Below the pieces are notes generated by a model. That model saw nothing but the letters and a program-made list of their open reading frames with translations, was not told where the DNA came from and ran no database searches. Made by a program: the position numbers and the translations under genes. A stretch of 64,000 nucleotides of DNA. It comes from Candidatus Algichlamydia australiensis (GTDB lineage Bacteria; Chlamydiota; Chlamydiia; Chlamydiales; JAJFMI01). Position 1 is the first letter of the stretch; each line of letters opens with the position of its first letter. Positions 18,921-26,966 of the stretch are shown in pieces. The stretch is from assembly GCA_033977065.1 (NCBI GenBank), contig JAXCHI010000004.1:224001-288000 (forward strand). The letters are read 5' to 3'.

Positions 18921-19342
18921 AGAACGCGATTCTTGAAGAGATTGAAAAAGAGCAAATGAAGAAAGAGGTTCCTGAGTTTAACGTAGGGGACACGCTCAAA
19001 GTGCACACACGCATTATTGAGGGAAATAAAGAGCGCATCCAAGCCTTTACAGGCATTGTGATCGCACGTAAAGGTGGCGGAGTTTCCGAAACCTTCTCTC
19101 TTTATCGCGTAGCCTATGGTAGATCAATGGAGCGTACATTCCCATTACACAGCCCTCGCATTAGTGAAATTGAGATCATGCGTAGGGGAAAAGTGCGTCG
19201 TGCAAAACTTCATTACCTACGTGGTAAGTCTGGTAAAAAAGCGCGCGTAAAAGAGATGATCGGTGGGAAAAAAGTGGCTCGTGAGATTGCCCCAGAACCT
19301 AAAACAGAAGCCCCTAAAGAGGAGCCAAAAAGCGAGGAGTAG
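18917..19342 (+). CDS. rplS: 50S ribosomal protein L19
   Basis: F.VGDT..V, RRGKVRRAKL.YLR. Confidence 0.96.
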   Translation: MKNAILEEIEKEQMKKEVPEFNVGDTLKVHTRIIEGNKERIQAFTGIVIARKGGGVSETFSLYRVAYGRSMERTFPLHSPRISEIEIMRRGKVRRAKLHYLRGKSGKKARVKEMIGGKKVAREIAPEPKTEAPKEEPKSEE

Positions 19343-19345
19343 AAG

Positions 19346-20371
19346 ATGAACGCAGCTGTAGAATTTGCCCAAAAACACTCAAAACACATAGTGGGGGCAG
19401 CTTCTGTTGCACTCATCTCACACAGCACAGCTCCAAGTATTTGGAATGCGGTTTGGCGTAAAATACCCGTATTTTCCCTTGAAGGTAGTGATAGGATTAA
19501 AACCCCACTTAAAGGTTTTGCCATTTCGACTTTAGCCGCAGCAGCTGTTGCTTCTCAAGTACCCCTAAAATACAGAACAATCGTTGCTCTCTACGCAGCG
19601 GCAGCAATTTTGCCAGCTTTTGCCTTCAAATTTGGACAAGGGAAAAACGAAGGCAGACCTTCTTTTCCAAAAATTATTTCCATTTTTTCTTCAAAGATAA
19701 GTAATCTAACTAATTCTTCAATTCCCCTGATGTATGTGCTCTCTACTATTGGAGCCGCAGGGCTGCTTTATGCAAATCGAAACGACTTAAAACCACTAAG
19801 AGAGTATCTAATTCAAAATGCAACTCTTACTTATAAAACTTCAAAACTGCACTTTCCTGCAGTCGCAAAAGCTGTAGCAAAAGCGGCATCTGCAATTGTT
19901 TTGGGGCAAGGAATTGGTACGCTTATTTGGCCTGAAATTATTGGTTCAGAAAGATTAGAAGATAAATCTAGGATCCCTTCGTGGACAGGTTCTGTAGCAA
20001 AATATAGTTTATTAGCTGCTGCAGGTGGTTATCTTCTCAATAATAAAAATCTATCAGAAAAGTATGCTAACATAATAGCGTTAATATTTTTTGTAGGCTT
20101 AGGCATTTCCCTATTTGATGGTGAGATAAGAACAGAACATAAAAAAGAAGAAAGAGTAGAAAATCATAAAGATAGTTTTGGATTCGATTGTAAAGAAGCA
20201 GTATATAGAGATATTGAATACTCTTACAGCTATTTACGCTCTTCTATTCTTCCTTTTGATGTGAATAAAACCTCGCGAGCAATAACTCTGCTTATGGTAG
20301 GTGCAGCAGGTCTTTACCTGGTTCACCATCCTAAAATTGATCGTATATCTAAAATATTTATTCAACGCTGA
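19346..20371 (+). CDS. Multi-TM hypothetical protein, paralog 1
   Basis: Shares HIVGAASVA.ISH, GQG.G.L.W and LRSSILP.D..K...HPKI with the 20901 and 21969 ORFs. Confidence 0.8.
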   Translation: MNAAVEFAQKHSKHIVGAASVALISHSTAPSIWNAVWRKIPVFSLEGSDRIKTPLKGFAISTLAAAAVASQVPLKYRTIVALYAAAAILPAFAFKFGQGKNEGRPSFPKIISIFSSKISNLTNSSIPLMYVLSTIGAAGLLYANRNDLKPLREYLIQNATLTYKTSKLHFPAVAKAVAKAASAIVLGQGIGTLIWPEIIGSERLEDKSRIPSWTGSVAKYSLLAAAGGYLLNNKNLSEKYANIIALIFFVGLGISLFDGEIRTEHKKEERVENHKDSFGFDCKEAVYRDIEYSYSYLRSSILPFDVNKTSRAITLLMVGAAGLYLVHHPKIDRISKIFIQR

Positions 20372-20396
20372 CCTTTTCCACTGAGGTTCAAAAAAT

Positions 20397-20765
20397 ATGC
20401 AAGCAGTAACAAGTGGTTTTTTTAGATATGGCAAACCTGTACTGATTGAAAGTACAAAACCAGTACTCTGTAACAGAAAATTTTGCTATTCTTTTTAACG
20501 TGAAAGCTCTCGCGACTGGGCTATCGCAAGTAACCTAGTATTAATCAAATACGAGGTGATTTTCGATAGTTCAATCTCGAGGCTTTGACGTAAAAATAAT
20601 GCTAAAATTTTCTGTTACAGAGTACTAGATAGTATCGAGTCTCTTGATGACAAGTATAAACATCTTCATTGGATGTCGGGATTGGCAGCAGCTTACACAG
20701 CTTCCTTTCTTTCGACTACGTATACGGGAATCGATTTAGAAAAGAGCTTTTTCAATCTCCAATAA
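20397..20765 (+). pseudogene. MITE-disrupted ORF starting MQAVT like the neighbouring paralogs
   Basis: Removing 20463-20627 restores the frame MQAVTSGFFRYGKPVLIESTK(P/L)DSIESLDDKYKHLHWM...; the ORF ends inside a family A remnant. Confidence 0.6.
20463..20625. mobile_element. Palindromic MITE family B (IS630-like ends), 163 bp
   Basis: 21-bp TIR GTACTCTGTAACAGAAAATTT; near-identical inverted copy at 33714-33876; flanks CCAG/CTAG. Confidence 0.9.
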
Positions 20766-20820
20766 CCTTTTTTAGAATCTTCGGTTCGATCTATCGGTAA
20801 AGCACTTCTTCAGTGCTTCA
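20736..20820 (-). mobile_element. MITE family A, partial copy
   Basis: Matches the reverse complement of the 5' part of 24947-25078; followed by TTAA. Confidence 0.75.
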
Positions 20821-20900
20821 TTAAGCGAAACACTCATTATGATTTACTTGATTTGATCTTTATGTTATCTTGACGAGCAGGCAACTCATTGGAGTAAGAA

Positions 20901-21869
20901 ATGCAAGCGGTAACAAGATTCACAAAAGAGAATTATCATCATATGTTGGGTGTGGTGTCTATGGCTGCGCTTTCTCATGGGATAGGACTATGCGGAGCAG
21001 TTGTTCTTACGGGTCAAATCGAAAGTAACATTACAAAACCGCCTCAGCAGACAGAAATGCGTGTGAGGCTCTTATTCGCCTCAATTTTGGCTACGGCCGC
21101 TTCCGGGTGGGCTTCCCCACCTAGTTTGCGGGTTCCAGTACTCCTTTATACGATAGCAACTATTTTTCCAGCGATTGCATGGAAGTACAACAGGGATGTA
21201 AATAGAAAAGGTGAAGATCAAAAGTTGCGAGGAATAGGAGGAATCCGCTCACGAATTACACAACAGAACTCGCGTGATTTTGATAACGAAGTTAACTTTA
21301 TAATACTTTATGGATTGGCACTTCCCATAATCGGTGCTGTGGGGCTCTCGCTGGCAAACATTCATCTTTTTAAGTCTACTCTTCCTCTGCTTCGGAAAAT
21401 GGGGCTTCCTCGAAATTTATGTTCTGCAAAGGAGTATCGACCCCTATTACCTGCAGTACGTGGATTTGTAAAATTTTCTTCAGGTTTTGCAATTGGTCAA
21501 GGACTTGGTGCTCTCTTCTGGCGCATTTTCATCAAAGACGTAAATAAGACTGAATCGAGAGAAGACAAGCGGGTTAGGTTTTGGTCAAGGACATTTGCCA
21601 ATTTGGGTCTTCTAGCTGGGACAGTCGCGCTTTTTATTGGATATGGAAACCTTGGGAAATACAAGAGTATTATACCGATTATTGCTTCAGTCGGCCTGGG
21701 TTTTGCCTGGCTAAAAACAGAAGGTGATCAATTACGCTCTTCGATTCTACCTGTAGATATTACGGATAAGTATCGTGTACTTTCCTTAGTCGGAGTAGGT
21801 GCTGCAGGTCTATACCTTGGCACTCATCCGAAGGTTAATACCTTATTTCAGTTGATTGTGAAAGGTTAA
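20901..21869 (+). CDS. Multi-TM hypothetical protein, paralog 2
   Basis: 322 aa; essentially colinear with 21969-22937. Confidence 0.85.
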   Translation: MQAVTRFTKENYHHMLGVVSMAALSHGIGLCGAVVLTGQIESNITKPPQQTEMRVRLLFASILATAASGWASPPSLRVPVLLYTIATIFPAIAWKYNRDVNRKGEDQKLRGIGGIRSRITQQNSRDFDNEVNFIILYGLALPIIGAVGLSLANIHLFKSTLPLLRKMGLPRNLCSAKEYRPLLPAVRGFVKFSSGFAIGQGLGALFWRIFIKDVNKTESREDKRVRFWSRTFANLGLLAGTVALFIGYGNLGKYKSIIPIIASVGLGFAWLKTEGDQLRSSILPVDITDKYRVLSLVGVGAAGLYLGTHPKVNTLFQLIVKG

Positions 21870-21878
21870 TCTGGATCT

Positions 21879-21917
21879 ATGCAAGGAGCTAAGGAAATCG
21901 TTGGGATTGATGAAGCA
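21879..21917 (+). pseudogene. Duplicated 5' fragment of rnhB
   Basis: ATGCAAGGAGCTAAGGAAATCGTTGGGATTGATGAAGC (..EIVGIDEA) mirrors the rnhB start (..KIVGIDEA). Confidence 0.75.
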
Positions 21918-21968
21918 AGTCAGAGCTATATGGCATCTTGACATAGAAACAAATAGTTGGAGTAAGAA

Positions 21969-22937
21969 ATGCAAGCGGTAACAAGATTCACAAAAGATCA
22001 TTATCATCATATTTTGGGTGCAGCTTCTGTAGCCGCAATCTCTCATGGAGTAGGAAGTTTGGGAAGTTCTATTCTTGAAAATTCAATTAACGATAGCATT
22101 TCAAAGCCATCCGAACAGACAAATTTGCGTGTGGGGCTCTTAAGCGCCTCGATTTTAACTACAGCTGCTGCAGGATGGGCTTCCCCATCAAAATTGCGGG
22201 CTCCAGTACTCCTCTATACAATAGCATTTCTTTTCCCGATGATTGCATGGAAGTATGATAGAGAAGTAACTGGAGAAGGTGAGAATCGGTTGTTAAAAGA
22301 AATAAATGGAACGATTTCAAAAATTACGCGACAAAACTCTTATGATTTTGAAGATCGAAATAACTTTTTAGTTCTCTATGGATTCGCACTTCCTATAATC
22401 GGAGCTATGGGCCTCTTGCTCGCAAACATTCATCTTTTTAAGTTTACTCTTCCAATATTACGGAAAATGGGTCTTCCTCGAAATTTACTTTCCGTAAAGG
22501 AGTATCGACCCCTATTACCTGCAGTACGTGGATTTGTAAAATTTTCTTCAGGTTTTGCAATTGGTCAAGGACTTGGTGCTCTCTTCTGGCGCATTTTCAT
22601 CGAAGACGTAAATAAAGTTGAATATAGTGAAAGTTTGCGGGTTAAGCGTTGGTCAAGGACATTTATCAATTTAGGTTCTATAGCTGCAACAGTCACTCTC
22701 TTTACTGGATGTGAATGCCTTGGGAAATATAAAAGACTTATCCCCATGATTTTTTCAGGTATCATAGGATTCTCCTGGTTAAAAACGGAAGAATATCAAT
22801 TACGCTCTTCGATTCTACCTGTAGATGTTACTGATAAGTATCATGCAATTTCTTTAATTGGAGTAGGTTCTGCAGCTTATTATCTTGGCACTCATCCGAA
22901 GATTAGTACCTTATTTCAATTGATTGTGAATGGTTAG
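21969..22937 (+). CDS. Multi-TM hypothetical protein, paralog 3
   Basis: 322 aa; tandem duplicate of paralog 2, offset 1068 bp. Confidence 0.85.
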   Translation: MQAVTRFTKDHYHHILGAASVAAISHGVGSLGSSILENSINDSISKPSEQTNLRVGLLSASILTTAAAGWASPSKLRAPVLLYTIAFLFPMIAWKYDREVTGEGENRLLKEINGTISKITRQNSYDFEDRNNFLVLYGFALPIIGAMGLLLANIHLFKFTLPILRKMGLPRNLLSVKEYRPLLPAVRGFVKFSSGFAIGQGLGALFWRIFIEDVNKVEYSESLRVKRWSRTFINLGSIAATVTLFTGCECLGKYKRLIPMIFSGIIGFSWLKTEEYQLRSSILPVDVTDKYHAISLIGVGSAAYYLGTHPKISTLFQLIVNG

Positions 22938-22946
22938 TCTCGATTT

Positions 22947-23555
22947 ATGAAAGGAGAAATTGAAAGCCAGTTTTACCCGCAAGGATTTAGGAAAATTGTT
23001 GGGATTGATGAAGCGGGAAGAGGTCCACTTGCAGGTCCAGTAGTTGCGTGTGCGCTCTATGCTCCAGAATCTCTCCTCATTAAAGAAATCAATGATAGCA
23101 AAAAGTTAACGGAGAAGAAGCGCAAAGAGCTCTTTACTACTCTTACAACCCACCCTGAAATTGCTTATGGGGTTGGGATTGTTTCTGCAGAAGAGATCGA
23201 TAAAATTAATATTTTACAAGCGACCTTTCTTGCCTTTACAAAAGCGGTCAAAGACCTTTCAATTGCGCCAGAACTTCTTCTTTTTGATGGGCCGCATTTT
23301 CCAAAGCTTGGAATCCCATCTCAAGGAATTATTAAGGGGGATAGCAAATCGGAGTTGATTGGAGCAGCTTCGATTATTGCGAAAGTTACGCGGGATGAGA
23401 TCATGTGTGAGGCAGATAAGCTCTATCCAGGCTATGGCTTTGCCGGTCATAAGGGATATGGGACGAAGAGTCACCGCGGGGCGATTGAAAATCTAGGACC
23501 TTGTCCCATTCACAGAAGGTCGTTTGAACCAATAAAATCTTTAGTAGCAGTTTGA
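22947..23555 (+). CDS. rnhB: Ribonuclease HII
   Basis: GIDEAGRGPLAGPV, DSKKL, AASIIAKV.RD. Confidence 0.96.
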   Translation: MKGEIESQFYPQGFRKIVGIDEAGRGPLAGPVVACALYAPESLLIKEINDSKKLTEKKRKELFTTLTTHPEIAYGVGIVSAEEIDKINILQATFLAFTKAVKDLSIAPELLLFDGPHFPKLGIPSQGIIKGDSKSELIGAASIIAKVTRDEIMCEADKLYPGYGFAGHKGYGTKSHRGAIENLGPCPIHRRSFEPIKSLVAV

Positions 23556-23593
23556 CTCAACTTGAGTTGACTTAGCCCTCTCAGTAGGGTAAA

Positions 23594-24424
23594 ATGGCGC
23601 TTGTGAAAAGCATGACAGGCTTCGGATCTGCCAAGGCGGATGAGCTATTTATCATAGAAATCGTCTCCTATAACGGCAAACGTCTCGAAATTTTATTTGA
23701 CGCACCTCAGGCGCTCTTCCCTTTTGAGATGGCTATGCGCCAAAAGATTGCAGAAAGGCTTGAGCGTGGGACGATCAAAGTGCGAATTCGCTTCAGCGAT
23801 AGACCCAAAAAAAATCTTGTCATCTTAAAAGAGAAGATGGAGGCTTTGGCTCGAAGTTTGGGCTACAACGAGGCACTAAGCTTTTCAGAATTGCTCTCCA
23901 TGATGAGTAGAGAAGAAGAGTTTGATTCAAGCTGGGAGAAGCCTCTTTTAAACGGCCTCGACAAGGCAGTTGATGAATTGATTGAATTCCGCAAATGTGA
24001 AGGAAAGAGTTTACAAAAAGAGCTTTTGAGCTATCAGGAGAGTTTGCAAACTGATTTAGAAAATCTTGGAGAGCTAAAAGAAAAAATACGTGAGCAGATT
24101 CGAGAAGAAATTCAGAAAAAGCTGCACGACTTAAAACTTGAACTTAGCGATGAATCAAGGCTTGTACAGGAAGCCTTTTTTTTATCAGAAAAGCGCGATG
24201 TGAGCGAAGAGCTCTCGCGTTTAAGCTCTCACTTTGTGCAGTTAAAAAAGTTATTGGAGAGTAAAGAGCCGCAGGGAAAAATATTGACCTTTTTGCTTCA
24301 GGAGGTCATGCGCGAGTTGAATACCACGTGTGCGAAGAAGCCAAGTGAGGAGATGGTACGCATAGCTCTTGGCATGAAGGGAGTCGCCGAAAAAATGCGC
24401 GAGCAGGTGCAAAATGTCGAGTAG
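23594..24424 (+). CDS. yicC: YicC/YloC family endoribonuclease (start may be GTG 23603)
   Basis: KSMTGFG; DVSEELSRL; FLLQE..RELNT; upstream of gmk. Confidence 0.88.
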   Translation: MALVKSMTGFGSAKADELFIIEIVSYNGKRLEILFDAPQALFPFEMAMRQKIAERLERGTIKVRIRFSDRPKKNLVILKEKMEALARSLGYNEALSFSELLSMMSREEEFDSSWEKPLLNGLDKAVDELIEFRKCEGKSLQKELLSYQESLQTDLENLGELKEKIREQIREEIQKKLHDLKLELSDESRLVQEAFFLSEKRDVSEELSRLSSHFVQLKKLLESKEPQGKILTFLLQEVMRELNTTCAKKPSEEMVRIALGMKGVAEKMREQVQNVE

Positions 24425-24986
24425 AGGAAAGCTTTTTATTGTTAGCGCACCTGCTGGCAGTGGTAAGACAACACTTGTGGAAATGCTCTGCAACGAGCGC
24501 AAAGATTGTGTGCGCAGTGTTTCTTGCACAACACGCGCAGTGCGAGGTAGAGAGATTGATGGAATTGACTACTTCTTTTTGAGCCCTGAAGAGTTTGAAA
24601 AAAAATCCCTAGCAGGGGAGTTTTTAGAGGAGGCAAAAGTCTACGAAGATCGCTACGGCACTCTGAAATCTTTTGTAGAAGAGCGACTGACACAAGGCAA
24701 ACACGTTTTTCTTGTGATCGATACCCAGGGAGCCCTCAAGCTCAAAGGCAAAGTAGAGGCTATCTGGGTTTTTATTGTGCCTCCAAGCATTAAAGTGTTG
24801 CGAGAACGCTTAATAGGACGCGGCACTGAAACTGCGGAAGATATTGAAAAGCGCCTAGCTTGGGCACGATCCGAGATGAAAAAAGCGGATGAATACGATT
24901 ACACTGTTGTCAATGACGACTTGAACACCGCATTTATGAGATTTAAGGAGATACTGAATAAGTGCTGTGCCGATAGCACGAGCTGA
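24414..24986 (+). CDS. gmk: Guanylate kinase (C-terminus supplied by a MITE)
   Basis: SAPAGSGKTT, TTR..R..E.DG.DYFF. Confidence 0.96.
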   Translation: MSSRGKLFIVSAPAGSGKTTLVEMLCNERKDCVRSVSCTTRAVRGREIDGIDYFFLSPEEFEKKSLAGEFLEEAKVYEDRYGTLKSFVEERLTQGKHVFLVIDTQGALKLKGKVEAIWVFIVPPSIKVLRERLIGRGTETAEDIEKRLAWARSEMKKADEYDYTVVNDDLNTAFMRFKEILNKCCADSTS

Positions 24987-25078
24987 AAATTCTAAAAAAG
25001 GTTATTTGGAGGTTGAAAAATAATCTTTTCTAGGATTTCTCGGCCGTGGGATCGCTGCATGACTTGTTCAGTGTTTCA
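24947..25078 (+). mobile_element. MITE family A, internally deleted (132 bp), TTAA target duplication
   Basis: TTAA|GGAGATACTGAATAAG...CTTGTTCAGTGTTTCA|TTAA. Confidence 0.88.
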
Positions 25079-25102
25079 TTAAGGAAATTGTAGAGGAACA
25101 AA

Positions 25103-25327
25103 ATGGTACTAAAAGCACTAACAAATGAAAAAATTTCTGAAGAGTTTGGTGAGCGTTATGATCACTTTACCCTGACGCACTTTTTAATTGAAATTGCGCA
25201 GCTTCTGATCAAAAAAGGGGAAGAGGTCACCCCATGGATTCTTTTAGAAGAGTTGAAGAAAAATCCAAACCGCTATGACCTAAATGAGCTAAGTAAAGAA
25301 GAAGTTGCCGAGAGTGAGCCAAGCTAA
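25103..25327 (+). CDS. Small protein between gmk and metG, probable chlamydial RNA polymerase omega subunit
   Basis: LTNEK..F motif; occupies the gmk-rpoZ syntenic position. Confidence 0.6.
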   Translation: MVLKALTNEKISEEFGERYDHFTLTHFLIEIAQLLIKKGEEVTPWILLEELKKNPNRYDLNELSKEEVAESEPS

Positions 25328-26966
25328 GAAATATCTTATCACCTCTGCGCTGCTCTACGCCAATGGCTCAGTCCACTTTGGCCACATTGCAGGCTGCTAT
25401 TTGCCTGCTGATGTTTTTGCGCGCTTTGCGCGTCTTCGTGGCGATGAGGTGCTCTTTCTTTGTGGCTCTGATGAGTATGGCGTAGCGATCACACTCTCAG
25501 CTGAGATCGCGGGCCGCAGCCCAAAAGAGCAGGTCGATCACTTTGATCAGATCAATCGCGATCTCTTTTCCAAAATCGGTATATCCTTTGACCACTTTTC
25601 ACGCACAACGTGGGAAGGCCATGTCAAAACAACTCAAGAGTTTTTTCTTGATTTGCAGAAAAACGGGCATATTGAGGAGAAGGTAACAGAGCAGCTCTAC
25701 TCTGAAAAAGAGAAGCGGTTTTTGGCGGATCGCTATGTATTGGGTATCTGTCCCAAATGCGGTTTTGAAGAGGCGAGAGGAGATGAGTGCCCCTCGTGCG
25801 GAGGGAATTTTGAAGCAACAGACTTAAAAAGCCCTAAATCCAAGCTAACAGGAGCGCCGCTTGTCTTAAAAGAGACCAAGCACTGGTTTCTGCGCTTCGA
25901 CCATTTTCGCGATGAGCTTAAACATTTTATTGCAGAGAAAAACTGGAAGCCCAACGTGAAAAACTTTGCTCTTAGCTACATTGAAGATCTGCGTGAGCGC
26001 TCGATCACCCGCGATTCTGATTGGGGCGTGCCTCTGCCGATTGAAAATTCTGATGGAAAGGTCTTCTACGTCTGGTTCGATGCCCCAATTGGCTACATCT
26101 CAGCAGCGCGAGAGTGGGCAGAAAAAACGGGAGGTTCCTGGAAAGATTTTTGGTGTGATGAGAAAACGCGCTTTATCAACTTTGTTGGGAAGGATAACAT
26201 CCCTTTTCACGCTTTTTTCTTTCCAGCAATGCTTATGGGGCAGGATCAGCCCTACAAACTCGTTGATGACTTGCCGGCAAATGAATTTTTAAACCTCGAA
26301 GGGAAACAATTTAGCAAGTCGAGTGGCTGGTACATCGATTTAGAAGAATTTTTTCAACACTTTACCGCTGACCAGATTCGTTACTGTTTAGCAGCCAATA
26401 GCCCTGAAACACAAGATAGCGAATTTACTTGGGACGATTTTCAAATGCGCTGCAATGCAGAGCTTGTCGGTAAATTTGGCAACTTTGCTAACCGCACACT
26501 CATCTTTGTGCACAAACGATGTGAGGGGAAAATTCCCCCGCAAAACGATCTTGCAGAGATTGATAAAACATTTTTAGCTAATGTAGAAAAACTCTTTCAT
26601 GAGATCGCATTTAGTTTTGAAGGGTACCATCTGCGCAAAGCTTCGCAACAGATCATGGAACTTGCGGCGCTTGGTAACGTCTATTTTGATGCAAAAAAAC
26701 CGTGGGTAACAGCTAAAGATCCTGCAACTTTCCCCGACACAGAGACAACGCTCCATAACTGCCTTATCTGCTTGCGCGCGCTCTCTGTTGTTAGCAGCCC
26801 GATTATCCCAGACGCAGCAGAAAAGCTCGCGAAAATGATTGGTGGATCCGTAAATTCTTGGAAAATGGAATTGCCAACAGTTGGGGAGGCTCTCCCTGAA
26901 GCAGAAATTCTTTTTCAAAAGGTGGAGCCAGAGCTCATCTCAACTTTCAAGGAAAAGCTCACGTAG
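25305..26966 (+). CDS. metG: Methionine--tRNA ligase
   Basis: HFGH, Zn knuckles CPKC and CPSC, YVWFDA, QFSKS. Confidence 0.96.
   Translation: MPRVSQAKKYLITSALLYANGSVHFGHIAGCYLPADVFARFARLRGDEVLFLCGSDEYGVAITLSAEIAGRSPKEQVDHFDQINRDLFSKIGISFDHFSRTTWEGHVKTTQEFFLDLQKNGHIEEKVTEQLYSEKEKRFLADRYVLGICPKCGFEEARGDECPSCGGNFEATDLKSPKSKLTGAPLVLKETKHWFLRFDHFRDELKHFIAEKNWKPNVKNFALSYIEDLRERSITRDSDWGVPLPIENSDGKVFYVWFDAPIGYISAAREWAEKTGGSWKDFWCDEKTRFINFVGKDNIPFHAFFFPAMLMGQDQPYKLVDDLPANEFLNLEGKQFSKSSGWYIDLEEFFQHFTADQIRYCLAANSPETQDSEFTWDDFQMRCNAELVGKFGNFANRTLIFVHKRCEGKIPPQNDLAEIDKTFLANVEKLFHEIAFSFEGYHLRKASQQIMELAALGNVYFDAKKPWVTAKDPATFPDTETTLHNCLICLRALSVVSSPIIPDAAEKLAKMIGGSVNSWKMELPTVGEALPEAEILFQKVEPELISTFKEKLT

Noticed and set aside
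20463..20625. Family B element as a protein-coding insert
   Set aside because: The frames read from both ends hit stop codons; the same holds for the 15517 copy of family A
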